Source: a virus
Taxonomy: Duplodnaviria; Caudoviricetes
Strand: one strand, 5' to 3'
Virus record (IMG/VR): IMGVR_UViG_3300037851_000141
Span: 96,001 to 160,000 of that record
Length of the DNA: 64,000 bases
The position numbers and the translations under genes are program-made. Shown here piece after piece: positions 36,468 through 46,193 of this stretch (positions within the stretch are counted from its first letter, which is position 1; every line of letters begins with the position of its first letter). Below the pieces are notes generated by a model that searched no databases, had not been told where the DNA came from, and saw only the letters and a list, made by a program, of their open reading frames with translations.

Positions 36468-36765
36468 AGAAATAGGTCAAGAATTAGACATATCACCACA
36501 ACAAGTTCATAAAATTGAAAAGGAAGCGTTTAACAAAGTGTTTCAGGGTTTATTGACTCTTGAAAAATATAATCCAGTTGAAATAGTTTCTTTTATATGT
36601 AATTATTTTGGCATTCAACCAGATCAATTTATGAAGAAACTTGATAAGAAAAATAAAGAAAAATTATTAACCTATATTAGTTCAGAATACGAGAAATACG
36701 TTCCAGGAATTACTGAAGCTATTCGTGATCGTTCTTATGATTGTATTGAGGAACTTATTCGATGA
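36430..36765 (+). CDS. Sigma70 region-4-like HTH protein at the gp33 position
   Basis: LTFEEIGQELDISPQQVHKIEKEAFNKV matches the sigma4 HTH pattern. The C-terminal half weakly resembles gp33. It precedes gp59 and gp32. Confidence 0.65.
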   Translation: MRRPKISKNLTFEEIGQELDISPQQVHKIEKEAFNKVFQGLLTLEKYNPVEIVSFICNYFGIQPDQFMKKLDKKNKEKLLTYISSEYEKYVPGITEAIRDRSYDCIEELIR

Positions 36766-37364
36766 CTGGATATGAGATTTATTGTTATTGTAGGGCTTTG
36801 ATTCGTCGTAATAGGCCATCAGAGGACTCCTATAATCAATCTCATGTTTCAAGTTATTATAATATGTTAAGTGAATATCTGACTAATAAACTTAAATTGT
36901 CTGATAAAGAATCCAAAGATTTTATACGATGTAATTATGCTAAAGATGAGGATAACTTCAATCCATTTTCTTTAATAAATGAGGACTGTTTGGATATATA
37001 TAATAGGTGGAAGGTAAAGGCAACAAATAAGTTTCTTTACTACGAAGATGTCCTTAATGGGATACGATTCATTGAAAATTTTTGTATAGGTAGGAACATA
37101 AGTTTTGATGAGTATGTCCAAAAATTTTCAGCAAAGCATATAAGAGAAAATAAGTTTGATTGGGCTATTGCTGTATATTGTAATATGGTAGATGTCGAAG
37201 GTTTGAAGAAGGTCGAAAAAATTCTCTTGAAAAAATTTTTATCTCAGTATAATATTATCAAGCAACGTCTGAATAACGGAGAGTTGGTTAATATAATAAA
37301 TGAAAGAATTCTCCAAATGAAACATTTACTGAGCCAATACAAAGTAAACCAAGTAATCAAGTAA
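36762..37364 (+). CDS. gp59: Helicase loader, gp59-like
   Basis: N-terminal MTGYEIYCY pattern; position directly before gp32. Confidence 0.55.
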   Translation: MTGYEIYCYCRALIRRNRPSEDSYNQSHVSSYYNMLSEYLTNKLKLSDKESKDFIRCNYAKDEDNFNPFSLINEDCLDIYNRWKVKATNKFLYYEDVLNGIRFIENFCIGRNISFDEYVQKFSAKHIRENKFDWAIAVYCNMVDVEGLKKVEKILLKKFLSQYNIIKQRLNNGELVNIINERILQMKHLLSQYKVNQVIK

Positions 37365-37408
37365 CTAAGTATGAACTCAAGTAATCAAGTAAGCCTAGTA
37401 CTCAAGTA
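37341..37408 (+). repeat. Eight imperfect (C)AAGTA units with ~8-nt period, upstream of the gene 32 RBS
   Basis: Units start at 37341, 37350, 37358, 37366, 37378, 37386, 37395 (CTAGTA) and 37403, followed by AAGGAG. Confidence 0.9.
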
Positions 37409-37423
37409 AGAAAGGAGAACATC

Positions 37424-38425
37424 ATGGCTTTTCAGTCAATCAAATCCCAATTCGCTAAGGTAAAAGAATCCTTGGCAAACGAAGAGAAAAAAGGTTCCAA
37501 AGAAGGAGGCTTTTCAAACTCTTGGGAATTTAAACCAAAGATCATAAATGGCAAAGACGCCGAATTTAAGATCAGATTCCTACCAATCGAAACCCCAACT
37601 GGTCGTCCATGGGTTGAAATTCGTTATCACATGTTTGAGCGTTCCGGTGATAACAAATATATCAAGTGTATAGATCCTCGTACTTTTGATACTAAAGCCC
37701 CAAATCCAATTGCTGATAAAGGTTGGCAGTTATACAAGAGCGATAATCCCTTGGATAAAGACATGGCATCAAAATTCATGTCCAAACGTCGTTATTTCAC
37801 CCTTGTCTATGTAAAATCCGCTCCAGAAGATCAAAAGCAATTCGAAGGTAAAGTTCTTGTATATGAGGCTGGTACTCAGGTTTATAACAAGATGAAGGTT
37901 GCTATGGAGAAGTTCAACCTGTGTTTCTACGATCCATTTGAAGGCACAGATTTTATCCTCTCAATCAAGGAAACTGGAACCAAGGCTCGTAAATATCCTT
38001 CATACTTAGAGAGTGATTTCATCAGAGAAAATGGTCCAATTGCTGATACTGATGAAGAAATGGAGCGTATAGAGGCTGAGATTAAGAAGATTGATATCAA
38101 GAGTCTCATTATCGGAAAAGATAAAATTCCTAGTGAGAAACAACTTCTGGAATATCTTGATGGTGGGTTAAAATCAATTACTACCGACATTGATAATTCA
38201 GAAGAAATTGTTGTCTCTGATGATAACATGGTTGAAGTGGATACCGTTGAGGAAGCACCAAAGAAACCGACTCCTGCTCCTCAAGCTAAAGCCACCCCAA
38301 CTAAACCCCAACCTCAAAAGCCCGTAGCCGCGCAACCAAAACCTGCTGCTGCTCCAGTCCAAGAGGAAGAGGCTAAAGTTGACGATATTGATATTAACTT
38401 CGATGATATCAATATAGACGAATGA
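37424..38425 (+). CDS. gp32: Single-stranded DNA-binding protein (gp32)
   Basis: KIRFLP, PWVEIRYH, KRRYFTLVYV, EGKVLVY, FYDPFEG, YPSY; acidic C-terminal tail. Confidence 0.9.
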   Translation: MAFQSIKSQFAKVKESLANEEKKGSKEGGFSNSWEFKPKIINGKDAEFKIRFLPIETPTGRPWVEIRYHMFERSGDNKYIKCIDPRTFDTKAPNPIADKGWQLYKSDNPLDKDMASKFMSKRRYFTLVYVKSAPEDQKQFEGKVLVYEAGTQVYNKMKVAMEKFNLCFYDPFEGTDFILSIKETGTKARKYPSYLESDFIRENGPIADTDEEMERIEAEIKKIDIKSLIIGKDKIPSEKQLLEYLDGGLKSITTDIDNSEEIVVSDDNMVEVDTVEEAPKKPTPAPQAKATPTKPQPQKPVAAQPKPAAAPVQEEEAKVDDIDINFDDINIDE

Positions 38426-38436
38426 TAAAAAATAAG

Positions 38437-38465
38437 TTGTAAATCTGAGTAAACCCCGGTATAAT
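38437..38465 (+). promoter_or_regulatory. Sigma70-like promoter TTGTAA-17-TATAAT upstream of rmlB
   Basis: Consensus spacing, read directly. Confidence 0.65.
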
Positions 38466-38490
38466 AGTGTATCGGGGTTTACTTGTTTTA
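38449..38490 (+). terminator. Intrinsic terminator after gene 32, overlapping a sigma70-like promoter
   Basis: Perfect 10-bp inverted repeat GTAAACCCCG / CGGGGTTTAC followed by TTGTTTT. Confidence 0.75.
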
Positions 38491-38501
38491 TAAGGAATTT
38501 T

Positions 38502-39497
38502 ATGTCTGAAACTCTTATATTAACTGGATGTGCTGGATTCATTGGGTTAAATTTTCTCAATACATTAACATATGATGGATTAAGAGAAAAATTTAGTAGA
38601 ATCATAACCATTGATAAACTTGGTTACGCCACCCAATATAACAGAGAACAATACTCAAAATGCTGCTTCGTTCTTGATTTAGAAAGATTTGACCTTAGTA
38701 TAAAAGATGTTTACCAAAATAAACTTCTAAAATTTGATTCAACTGAGAAAATAACTGTACTATCATTCGCATCAGAAAGTCACGTAGATCGTTCAATCAA
38801 TACACCATCAGAAATATATATTGAAAATGTCGAAATTCCAGCTTATCTATTACAATCGATTCCATTATCACAAATATCCACATATTACCACATAAGTACT
38901 GATGAGGTCTATGGTAGTATTCCTCTTGATAAAATAACTGATAAAAATAACTGGTTCACCACATCAACGCAATATAACCCAGGAAACCCATATGCTGCTT
39001 CTAAACTCGCTCAAGATGCGTATTTATTATCCATGTCACATACTTTCGGTTTACCTCTTAGAATTCTGCGCCTTGCTAATCAATTTGGCTGCTATCAACA
39101 TTTAGAAAAAATGATTCCAGCATCCATTACCAGAGTCTTGAATGGCACTTCAATAAAAGTATATGGTGCTGGTACAAATATGAGACAATGGACTTGGGTT
39201 GAAACCACAGCAGAAATAATAAAACAAATAATATTCAACGGAACTTCAAATCTTATTACACACATTGCCGATGAACGATTCCTATTTGATAATAATTATG
39301 TTGCTAAAATGATGTTAAGAATACTTGGAGCAAAAGGTATATATGGTAAAATTGAATATATACCAGATAGATTGGGACATGATTCGGCGTATGCTCTTGT
39401 TGTAAATAATGAAGTCTTGGGTAAATATATTGACTCGTTTGAACTTATGTTAAATAAAACAATTGATTATTATATAGCTCAAAATAAAAAGGAATAA
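38502..39497 (+). CDS. rmlB: dTDP-glucose 4,6-dehydratase
   Basis: TGCAGFIG, DKLGYA, FASESHVDRSI, HISTDEVYGS, NPYAASK, HLEKMIP, DRLGHDSAY. Confidence 0.93.
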   Translation: MSETLILTGCAGFIGLNFLNTLTYDGLREKFSRIITIDKLGYATQYNREQYSKCCFVLDLERFDLSIKDVYQNKLLKFDSTEKITVLSFASESHVDRSINTPSEIYIENVEIPAYLLQSIPLSQISTYYHISTDEVYGSIPLDKITDKNNWFTTSTQYNPGNPYAASKLAQDAYLLSMSHTFGLPLRILRLANQFGCYQHLEKMIPASITRVLNGTSIKVYGAGTNMRQWTWVETTAEIIKQIIFNGTSNLITHIADERFLFDNNYVAKMMLRILGAKGIYGKIEYIPDRLGHDSAYALVVNNEVLGKYIDSFELMLNKTIDYYIAQNKKE

Positions 39498-39498
39498 T

Positions 39499-40788
39499 AT
39501 GGATACCGTAGCTTTTACCAGAGTAGAATCCTTTTTTGATAATGCTGTTCAAATTGATGAAATAAAAGAATATGGTGATGATCGTGGGTTTGTATCAGAA
39601 GTTTGGCGCTTAGATGATGATCAATATAACCAAGCAACTCCAAAAATGTGCTATTATTCTCATACTCAACCGTTTATTATGAGAGGTCCACATGAACATA
39701 CCACCCAAGTAGATTTCTTCATTACTATAAAATCCCAAATGTTATATATGTTTGTAAAAGGTGATAAAGCCAATTTCTTCATAACAAATCCAAATAAAAT
39801 ATATCGTGTAAAAGTTGGAAATGGTATAATCCACTCATATAGAAATATCTCAACCGCACAAACTGCCGTAACTGCCAACTTCCCTTCATCATTGTTCAAA
39901 GGACCAAACAAATCCGAACCAATTGATGAAAAACGATATGAACCAGAGATAGAAAAGAATAAAAATATATATGTTCTTGGTGCTGGTGGTAGATTAGGTA
40001 ATGCTGTATTTACTTCTCTATTACAAGACATGGGATTTCATAAATATAACGTCATTCCTGTCTTTGATAAGTTTGATGATAAATCCATTGAAAAATTGCT
40101 TGACCTTATATCACATAATAAGTTTAGAACAGAAAATGACGTAATTATAAACTGTATCGGTAAAACAAATGTTCAAGAGTCTGGTTCTGATTTTATGTTG
40201 GGCAATTTCATCATTCCAAGAATACTAACTAACTTTGCTATTACAGAGAAAATACATTTAGTTCACTTCTCAACAGATTACGTATATCAAACTGGCAATA
40301 TAAGCGAATATACTAAATCTAAAAAATCATATGAGTCTTGGATTGAAACTCTTTACGAATCTCAATTTCAATACTATCCCGAATTACAAAAATATTTACA
40401 TGTAATTCGTGTCGCCAACCTATTCTCCCAAGCAAAAACTGATGTACATAATGCCGTAAATAAAATAATTTCAGCTTATCAAAAAGGCCCACTCAATATA
40501 GTAGAAAACTCGTCAATAATGTTAACCGACGTTGCTCATATAGCTGATTTCATTAGTAAAAAATATATACACTCAATCACAGATTACCCTCAATTTATAA
40601 ACATATCAGGTAAATGCTATACTATTGAACATGTTATAAAAGAATTGTTTGGAGTAACTGATGCTAAATTCAACTATATTACCGAACCAAAAGTAATCAA
40701 TAACCCTCACTTGTTCCTAAATCGGTCAAATTATTATCAGTTGGATTGTGATTCTGCTATAAAAGAAAAGGCTAAAAATGCCAGATGA
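39499..40788 (+). CDS. rmlCD: Fused dTDP-4-dehydrorhamnose 3,5-epimerase (RmlC) and reductase (RmlD)
   Basis: N-terminal GDDRGFVSE, MRGPHEH, HSY (cupin). C-terminal GAGGRLG, INCIG, FSTDYVY, YTKSK. Confidence 0.85.
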   Translation: MDTVAFTRVESFFDNAVQIDEIKEYGDDRGFVSEVWRLDDDQYNQATPKMCYYSHTQPFIMRGPHEHTTQVDFFITIKSQMLYMFVKGDKANFFITNPNKIYRVKVGNGIIHSYRNISTAQTAVTANFPSSLFKGPNKSEPIDEKRYEPEIEKNKNIYVLGAGGRLGNAVFTSLLQDMGFHKYNVIPVFDKFDDKSIEKLLDLISHNKFRTENDVIINCIGKTNVQESGSDFMLGNFIIPRILTNFAITEKIHLVHFSTDYVYQTGNISEYTKSKKSYESWIETLYESQFQYYPELQKYLHVIRVANLFSQAKTDVHNAVNKIISAYQKGPLNIVENSSIMLTDVAHIADFISKKYIHSITDYPQFINISGKCYTIEHVIKELFGVTDAKFNYITEPKVINNPHLFLNRSNYYQLDCDSAIKEKAKNAR

Positions 40789-41507
40789 CCGCAGATTATC
40801 AGAAATTTGAGATTATATTCGATGCTGATGGGGTTCCAGTTACTCTTTTTGAGATTGAAAACTGGTGGGCAAACGCTAATGTCAATCAGAGGCGAGGATT
40901 ACTAAGTCCAGATTTGGGTGATGATGCTCGTATAAAAATTGCTCAACGAATAGTACAAGAGTTGCGACAAAGATTTAGTAAAGAACAACTCGAAATAATC
41001 CGAAGCTTTGAACGACAAAAAATAAAAGTAAAACATAATTGGGAAGCATATAAACCAAATTCAAGGATTGGTTATGATAGCGATCTTGAAAGTATAAAGA
41101 AAAAAGATTTTGAGTTTTACAGTGGAGAGACATATGAACATAATCAACCTCAATATACTCCACCAGTTCCACCACGACCGCCTGATCTAAATCCAATTCC
41201 AGATGGCGATATCTTTACTGCCGCAATGAGAAAAGCCAATGAAAAACTAAGAAGAGAACAGGAACAAATAAGGGCAAGAGAACGTTATCAACAATGGCAA
41301 AGGCAACAAGCTGAACTTAATAAGCCAAAAGAACCAAAACGGACTTGGCAGGATGTTCTTGGTCTTCCTGGTAAAGTATCCATAGAACAGCTAAATAAAG
41401 CCTTCCGTGATCTGGCTAAGAAAAATCACCCTGACGTTGGTGGTTCTGAAGAAAAGATGAAAGAACTTATTGATGCCAGAAATCAGGCGTTAAAAGAAAT
41501 TGGTTGA
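40785..41507 (+). CDS. J-domain (DnaJ-like) protein with the J domain at the C-terminus
   Basis: WQDVLGL ... KAFRDLAKKNHPDVGGSEEKMKEL (HPD motif). Confidence 0.85.
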   Translation: MTADYQKFEIIFDADGVPVTLFEIENWWANANVNQRRGLLSPDLGDDARIKIAQRIVQELRQRFSKEQLEIIRSFERQKIKVKHNWEAYKPNSRIGYDSDLESIKKKDFEFYSGETYEHNQPQYTPPVPPRPPDLNPIPDGDIFTAAMRKANEKLRREQEQIRARERYQQWQRQQAELNKPKEPKRTWQDVLGLPGKVSIEQLNKAFRDLAKKNHPDVGGSEEKMKELIDARNQALKEIG

Positions 41508-41555
41508 ATAGTTAAATCCATTGGTTATAATTTTAGGCTAAATAAGGGATTCATA

Positions 41556-43466
41556 ATGACACTTAAATCAGAAGATATTAAGATTTTATCAGATCGGGAC
41601 CATTGCCTTAAGCGTCCCGAGATATGGATTGGTTCAACTCGTATAGAAAAGCGAGAATTTTGGTTTATAGAAAATGGTCAATTGAATAAAGAAGAACTTG
41701 ACTATATTCCAGGTCAGTATAAGCTTTTTTGTGAGATTCTTGATAACGCTATTGATGAACATATAAGAGGTCATGGCGATAAGATAAAAGTCCATTATGA
41801 TATGACCACTGGATTCATTACGATAAAAGATAATGCTCGCGGAATCCCTATTGATGTACATAAAGAGGCTAAGGTACATACGCCACAGGTTGTTTTCGCT
41901 CAATTACGGTCTGGAAGCAATTTCAACGATCAAGATGGAAGAACGACAGTAGGTATGAATGGTGTTGGTGCGTCTCTTTGTACTATATTCTCTGAAAAAC
42001 TGATTATTGAAATCCATCGTGATAATAAGGTATATAAGCAAGTATTTTCAGATAACATGGATAAGATAGGCAAACCATCAATTACAGACGGAAAATCAAA
42101 GTCAACGGGAACCGCAGTATCATTTAAGTTGGATGATAAGATTTTCAAGATTCCATTATCACCTAAACTAATACGGAAGCGTTGTCAAGAACTATCATAC
42201 GCCTTCCCTAAACTTGAAATCCACTTTATATTGATTGAAGATTTGGGTCAGGAAGCAAAAGAAATATATAAAGGGAATGATTTTGAGTCATTGGCTAAAA
42301 TGGTTTCTGATGAATATAGAATAGTTGACGAAAAGAAGTTTAAGATGGCTATTTGTTTCAACACAAAGACTGAGAATTTTGAGCATATAAGCAATGTAAA
42401 TGGTGCTGATACTTGGCGTGGCGGAACACACGTTGATTATTTCAGGGAGTTATTTTGCTCTGATATTCAAGAAAAGATAAGAAAAGAGAATAAAATTGAA
42501 GTCTCTCCATCAGATGTTGCTAAGAATCTTTTTATAATCTTATTTACAACTTGGAATGCGCCTACCTTTGAAGGTCAGACTAAAGAGAAGTTGGTTAATG
42601 ATAAAAAAGAGATTTCTACGTTCTATGATGAATTCTTTTCAAGTCGTAAAGTAACATCAATAACATCAGATTTACCGAAAATAAAACAACAAACAGTGGA
42701 TGATGTAACTGCTAAAAACGATAAGAAACTACTCTCTGAACTAAAGAAAACTCAGAAAGCCCTTGATCGTAAACGCATACCTAAACTTATTGAATGTTCA
42801 TCTCGTCAACGTCAGGAATGTAGCATTTATATAACGGAAGGTGACTCAGCTATATCAAACTTGGCTACTGTCAGAAATGCTAAGACTATGGCTGGACTGC
42901 CTTTACGTGGTAAAATATTAAATGTTCATGAAATTTCTCCAAAGGACGCTCTTGAAAATAAAGAACTTCAAGCAATCATGGCATCTATAGGTCTAAAGTT
43001 TGGCGAAGATTGCTTTAACCGGAATAATAAAGGTATCGTAACCAGCAGCAATTTATCATATGGAAGAATCATTATTGCAACTGACCAAGATATGGATGGT
43101 TATTGTATTCGTAGTTTGATGGTCAATTTCTTCTATAAGTTCTGGCCAGAGTTGTTTACTGAGGGGATTATTCATATTCTCGAATGTCCTTTGTATGAAG
43201 TTATAGAAAAGAAATCATCTGATATACATTATTTCTATGATAAGGTTGAATACGAAGACTTTATGAAAAATAAGAAATCAGCAAGTTATGAAGTTTCTTA
43301 TTTTAAGGGTCTTGGATCTTGCGGTAAAGAGGCTTGGAATTACATGATAAATGAAAAGCCAAACCTTATTAAACTTACACTGAATGATGTTCAAGCCGCT
43401 AAAAATATTCTTCAGATGGCATTTGGTGATGATCCTGATGCCCGTAAAAAATGGATTGCTAATTGA
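41556..43466 (+). CDS. gp39: Type II topoisomerase ATPase/TOPRIM subunit (gp39+60 / GyrB-like)
   Basis: EILDNAIDE, DNARGIP, GMNGVGAS, ITEGDSA, PLRGKILN, IATDQDMDG, YFKGLG. Confidence 0.95.
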   Translation: MTLKSEDIKILSDRDHCLKRPEIWIGSTRIEKREFWFIENGQLNKEELDYIPGQYKLFCEILDNAIDEHIRGHGDKIKVHYDMTTGFITIKDNARGIPIDVHKEAKVHTPQVVFAQLRSGSNFNDQDGRTTVGMNGVGASLCTIFSEKLIIEIHRDNKVYKQVFSDNMDKIGKPSITDGKSKSTGTAVSFKLDDKIFKIPLSPKLIRKRCQELSYAFPKLEIHFILIEDLGQEAKEIYKGNDFESLAKMVSDEYRIVDEKKFKMAICFNTKTENFEHISNVNGADTWRGGTHVDYFRELFCSDIQEKIRKENKIEVSPSDVAKNLFIILFTTWNAPTFEGQTKEKLVNDKKEISTFYDEFFSSRKVTSITSDLPKIKQQTVDDVTAKNDKKLLSELKKTQKALDRKRIPKLIECSSRQRQECSIYITEGDSAISNLATVRNAKTMAGLPLRGKILNVHEISPKDALENKELQAIMASIGLKFGEDCFNRNNKGIVTSSNLSYGRIIIATDQDMDGYCIRSLMVNFFYKFWPELFTEGIIHILECPLYEVIEKKSSDIHYFYDKVEYEDFMKNKKSASYEVSYFKGLGSCGKEAWNYMINEKPNLIKLTLNDVQAAKNILQMAFGDDPDARKKWIAN

Positions 43467-43500
43467 AACCCGGTTTGTATAATATTGCCAGGAGAATAAC

Positions 43501-44259
43501 ATGAAGGGTTTATTTAAGGATCAAGCAGCAGTAAAATCATTTATATCACCAATGAAAGATTTTGCTGCTTTGATGGGTGATAGTGGAATCGTTATCAATT
43601 TTGGGACTAAAACATCAGATAATAAAGTTCCAGTATCAATTACGGCTCTGAATCAAGCTGCTGGAGTTGTTATATTAGCGTCATTCAAGGACTTATTTGA
43701 CGATTTCACGTTTGATTCAGATAGCGGGTGTAAGATTGGTGTTGTGAAGGTATCAGAGTTTGTAAATCTTTTTAGTTTATTTTCTGATGCTGAACTTGCT
43801 GTAGACTTTGATGAAACGACTAAGAGTTTATCATTATCTCAAGGTAAATCAAAAGTAACTTATCAGACAGCAGATCCAGACCTTATTAAACAGTTTACCA
43901 AATCATTCAATTCAACAAAATGGATAGCGTCGTTTGTATTAGACGAGTCATTCAAGAAATTCAATAGAGCAATGAGCGTATTAGGTAATGAAGAGTGTAT
44001 ATTAATAGAAGGTAATACTGAAACCGCCAAAGTATCATTAACTATCAAGAATAAAACGGTATCAATAAATAGTTATACACTTGAAGTAGATGCTCAAATA
44101 ACAGAGAACTTCAACATATTTTTCAGAAAAGACGCTATACAAAAAGTGTTCAATTCTGGATTTGATTCCATGAAGATGTCAATTGGTGAGAGAATTTGTG
44201 ATATAGAATGCTCAAACCAACATTGTGTCGCTAATTACTACTTGGCCAAGATGCTATAA
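43501..44259 (+). CDS. gp45: Sliding clamp, gp45-like
   Basis: 252 aa; EFVNLFSLFSDAELAV, Y-x-x-ADP pattern; directly upstream of the clamp loader. Confidence 0.75.
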   Translation: MKGLFKDQAAVKSFISPMKDFAALMGDSGIVINFGTKTSDNKVPVSITALNQAAGVVILASFKDLFDDFTFDSDSGCKIGVVKVSEFVNLFSLFSDAELAVDFDETTKSLSLSQGKSKVTYQTADPDLIKQFTKSFNSTKWIASFVLDESFKKFNRAMSVLGNEECILIEGNTETAKVSLTIKNKTVSINSYTLEVDAQITENFNIFFRKDAIQKVFNSGFDSMKMSIGERICDIECSNQHCVANYYLAKML

Positions 44260-44267
44260 GGAAACAC

Positions 44268-45188
44268 ATGGAAGATATCAATTATCCTTGGGTTGAAGAA
44301 TTTAGACCAACAAAGATTGAAGACGTTATTGGTGCTTCATCTTTGGTTGATAAAATGAATGAGTATATACAGAATAAATCATTACCACATTTATTATTGC
44401 TTGGTACTCCTGGGGTCGGTAAAACCACTATTGCTAAGATTCTCGCTCAAAACATTGCTGGAGACGAATATCTGTATATAAATGCCTCTGATGAACGCGG
44501 CATGGATACTATTAGAACAAAGGTCCAAGATTTCTGTTCAATGGCGTCAATGGCTGAGTTGAAGATAGTAATATTGGATGAAGCTGATGGATTGACTCAA
44601 GATGCTCAAAAAATACTAAGAGCCGTTACAGAACAATATGCTAAATCTTGTCGGTTTATATTGACTGCTAATTATGAGAATCGCATCCTTGATCCAGTAA
44701 AATCAAGATTCCAGATATTTAGATTCCAAAGCGCAGGCAAACAAGATATAGCTAAACGCTGCTGCCAAATACTAATGAAAAAAGGTATCAAGATAACAGA
44801 GCAAATTAAGACCGATATAATAAAATTGGTTAAGACATTCTATCCTGATATAAGGTCAACTATAAATAATTTACAAAAATGTACTAAAGGTCAAGAATTC
44901 TCATTTATTGAGGTTGATGATAGAATTGAAACAAATAAGAAACTAATAGAATATCTCAAGGCCAGGAAGATTCGTCAAATAAGAGAAGAAATACTATCAA
45001 ACGCAACAGATTATGATAGTTTATATAATGCCATTTATCAGAATGTTAAAGAATTGTCTGATGATGCCGATAAGTGCGCTGCTATAATTGTTTATTTGGC
45101 TGGTTATCAATATCAAAATCTTACACATGTCAACAGAGAACTTAATTTTGTTGCTTGTTTACTTGAGATTCAGGATAAGTTGAAATAG
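44268..45188 (+). CDS. gp44: Clamp loader large subunit (gp44)
   Basis: PWVEEFRP, LPHLLLLGTPGVGKTT, INASDERG, ILDEADGLT, FILTANY, SRF, YPDIR. Confidence 0.95.
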   Translation: MEDINYPWVEEFRPTKIEDVIGASSLVDKMNEYIQNKSLPHLLLLGTPGVGKTTIAKILAQNIAGDEYLYINASDERGMDTIRTKVQDFCSMASMAELKIVILDEADGLTQDAQKILRAVTEQYAKSCRFILTANYENRILDPVKSRFQIFRFQSAGKQDIAKRCCQILMKKGIKITEQIKTDIIKLVKTFYPDIRSTINNLQKCTKGQEFSFIEVDDRIETNKKLIEYLKARKIRQIREEILSNATDYDSLYNAIYQNVKELSDDADKCAAIIVYLAGYQYQNLTHVNRELNFVACLLEIQDKLK

Positions 45189-45269
45189 GAAACAAATGTG
45201 GAGTCAAGTTATTATTTTAGAGACTTTGGTATAATAGATAAGATAAAAATACTCATTAGGAGTTTTATA

Positions 45270-46193
45270 ATGAATAAACAAACTTTTTTAGCTGTAATAG
45301 ATACAACTGAAGAACGTAGACCAATTACCGTACCAAAAGGAATCATCAATACATATATCGTAAAAGCTGTTGATGAAAATCACGCTCGCCAGATTATTTT
45401 ACGAACAATGATACCTCAAATTGCTAATCAATTGGTTAACCATGTGTATGTATATCCAATTCAACCTATTCTTGATTCTATTGATTATGCTGATGAATCT
45501 GGTAAAACTCTCCCAATGTATTCATTCATGCCACTAAATGGAACTCGACCACCTAAAGTTCTTTTATTACCAGATATGAGAAAACAAGATCAATCAATAT
45601 CTGAATCAAATCAAAAAGAACCAATTAAAGAAACTCAACAAACGGTAATACATAAAAGCACAGTTATACCTCCCGTTGTCCAGCCAAGAAACGTTAGACA
45701 AGTCCGATCAGTCGATTTTCAGCGCCCAGAGTATGAAAATCCGCCAACTACTTCAAACACTCTTACACCAGAGCAAGCACAAATTATCCATTCTATGGGA
45801 GCTTTACCGCTTGCTAATGGCGCAGATGAAGGAGCTAATCCTCGAATTAACTCGTCTATAGGAAGAAACGCTAATCTTTCAAGACCTCAAGTAACCAAGG
45901 GTCCAACTGATTCTTTAACGCCAGAACAAGCTGCTTTACTTCGTTCAGTTGGAGTAAATGAGACTCAACCAATATTAGTAGAAGAAAAAGTCGTATATTC
46001 TACAGAAGGACAGCTTGTAGAACCAGATCCAGAATTGTCTCAGATTCCAAGAGATTCTGGAGTTGATCTTAATGCTCTCCAAGCTGAATATCGTGAAATG
46101 GTTGAAAAAACAGGAATAGAAGTACCAGACTCAAAGCCTATAACACAAATTGAACCAACTAAACCCACCCGTTCATCAAAGAAAGGTAAATAA
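45270..46193 (+). CDS. Hypothetical protein with an internal LTPEQA duplication; likely start ATG 45270
   Basis: AGGAG RBS. NTLTPEQAQIIHSMG and DSLTPEQAALLRSVG. Confidence 0.65.
   Translation: MNKQTFLAVIDTTEERRPITVPKGIINTYIVKAVDENHARQIILRTMIPQIANQLVNHVYVYPIQPILDSIDYADESGKTLPMYSFMPLNGTRPPKVLLLPDMRKQDQSISESNQKEPIKETQQTVIHKSTVIPPVVQPRNVRQVRSVDFQRPEYENPPTTSNTLTPEQAQIIHSMGALPLANGADEGANPRINSSIGRNANLSRPQVTKGPTDSLTPEQAALLRSVGVNETQPILVEEKVVYSTEGQLVEPDPELSQIPRDSGVDLNALQAEYREMVEKTGIEVPDSKPITQIEPTKPTRSSKKGK

Noticed and set aside
37341-37408. Repeat array as a CRISPR or mini-CRISPR
   Set aside because: Units are only 6 nt with 1-6 nt gaps; there are no spacers and no cas genes.
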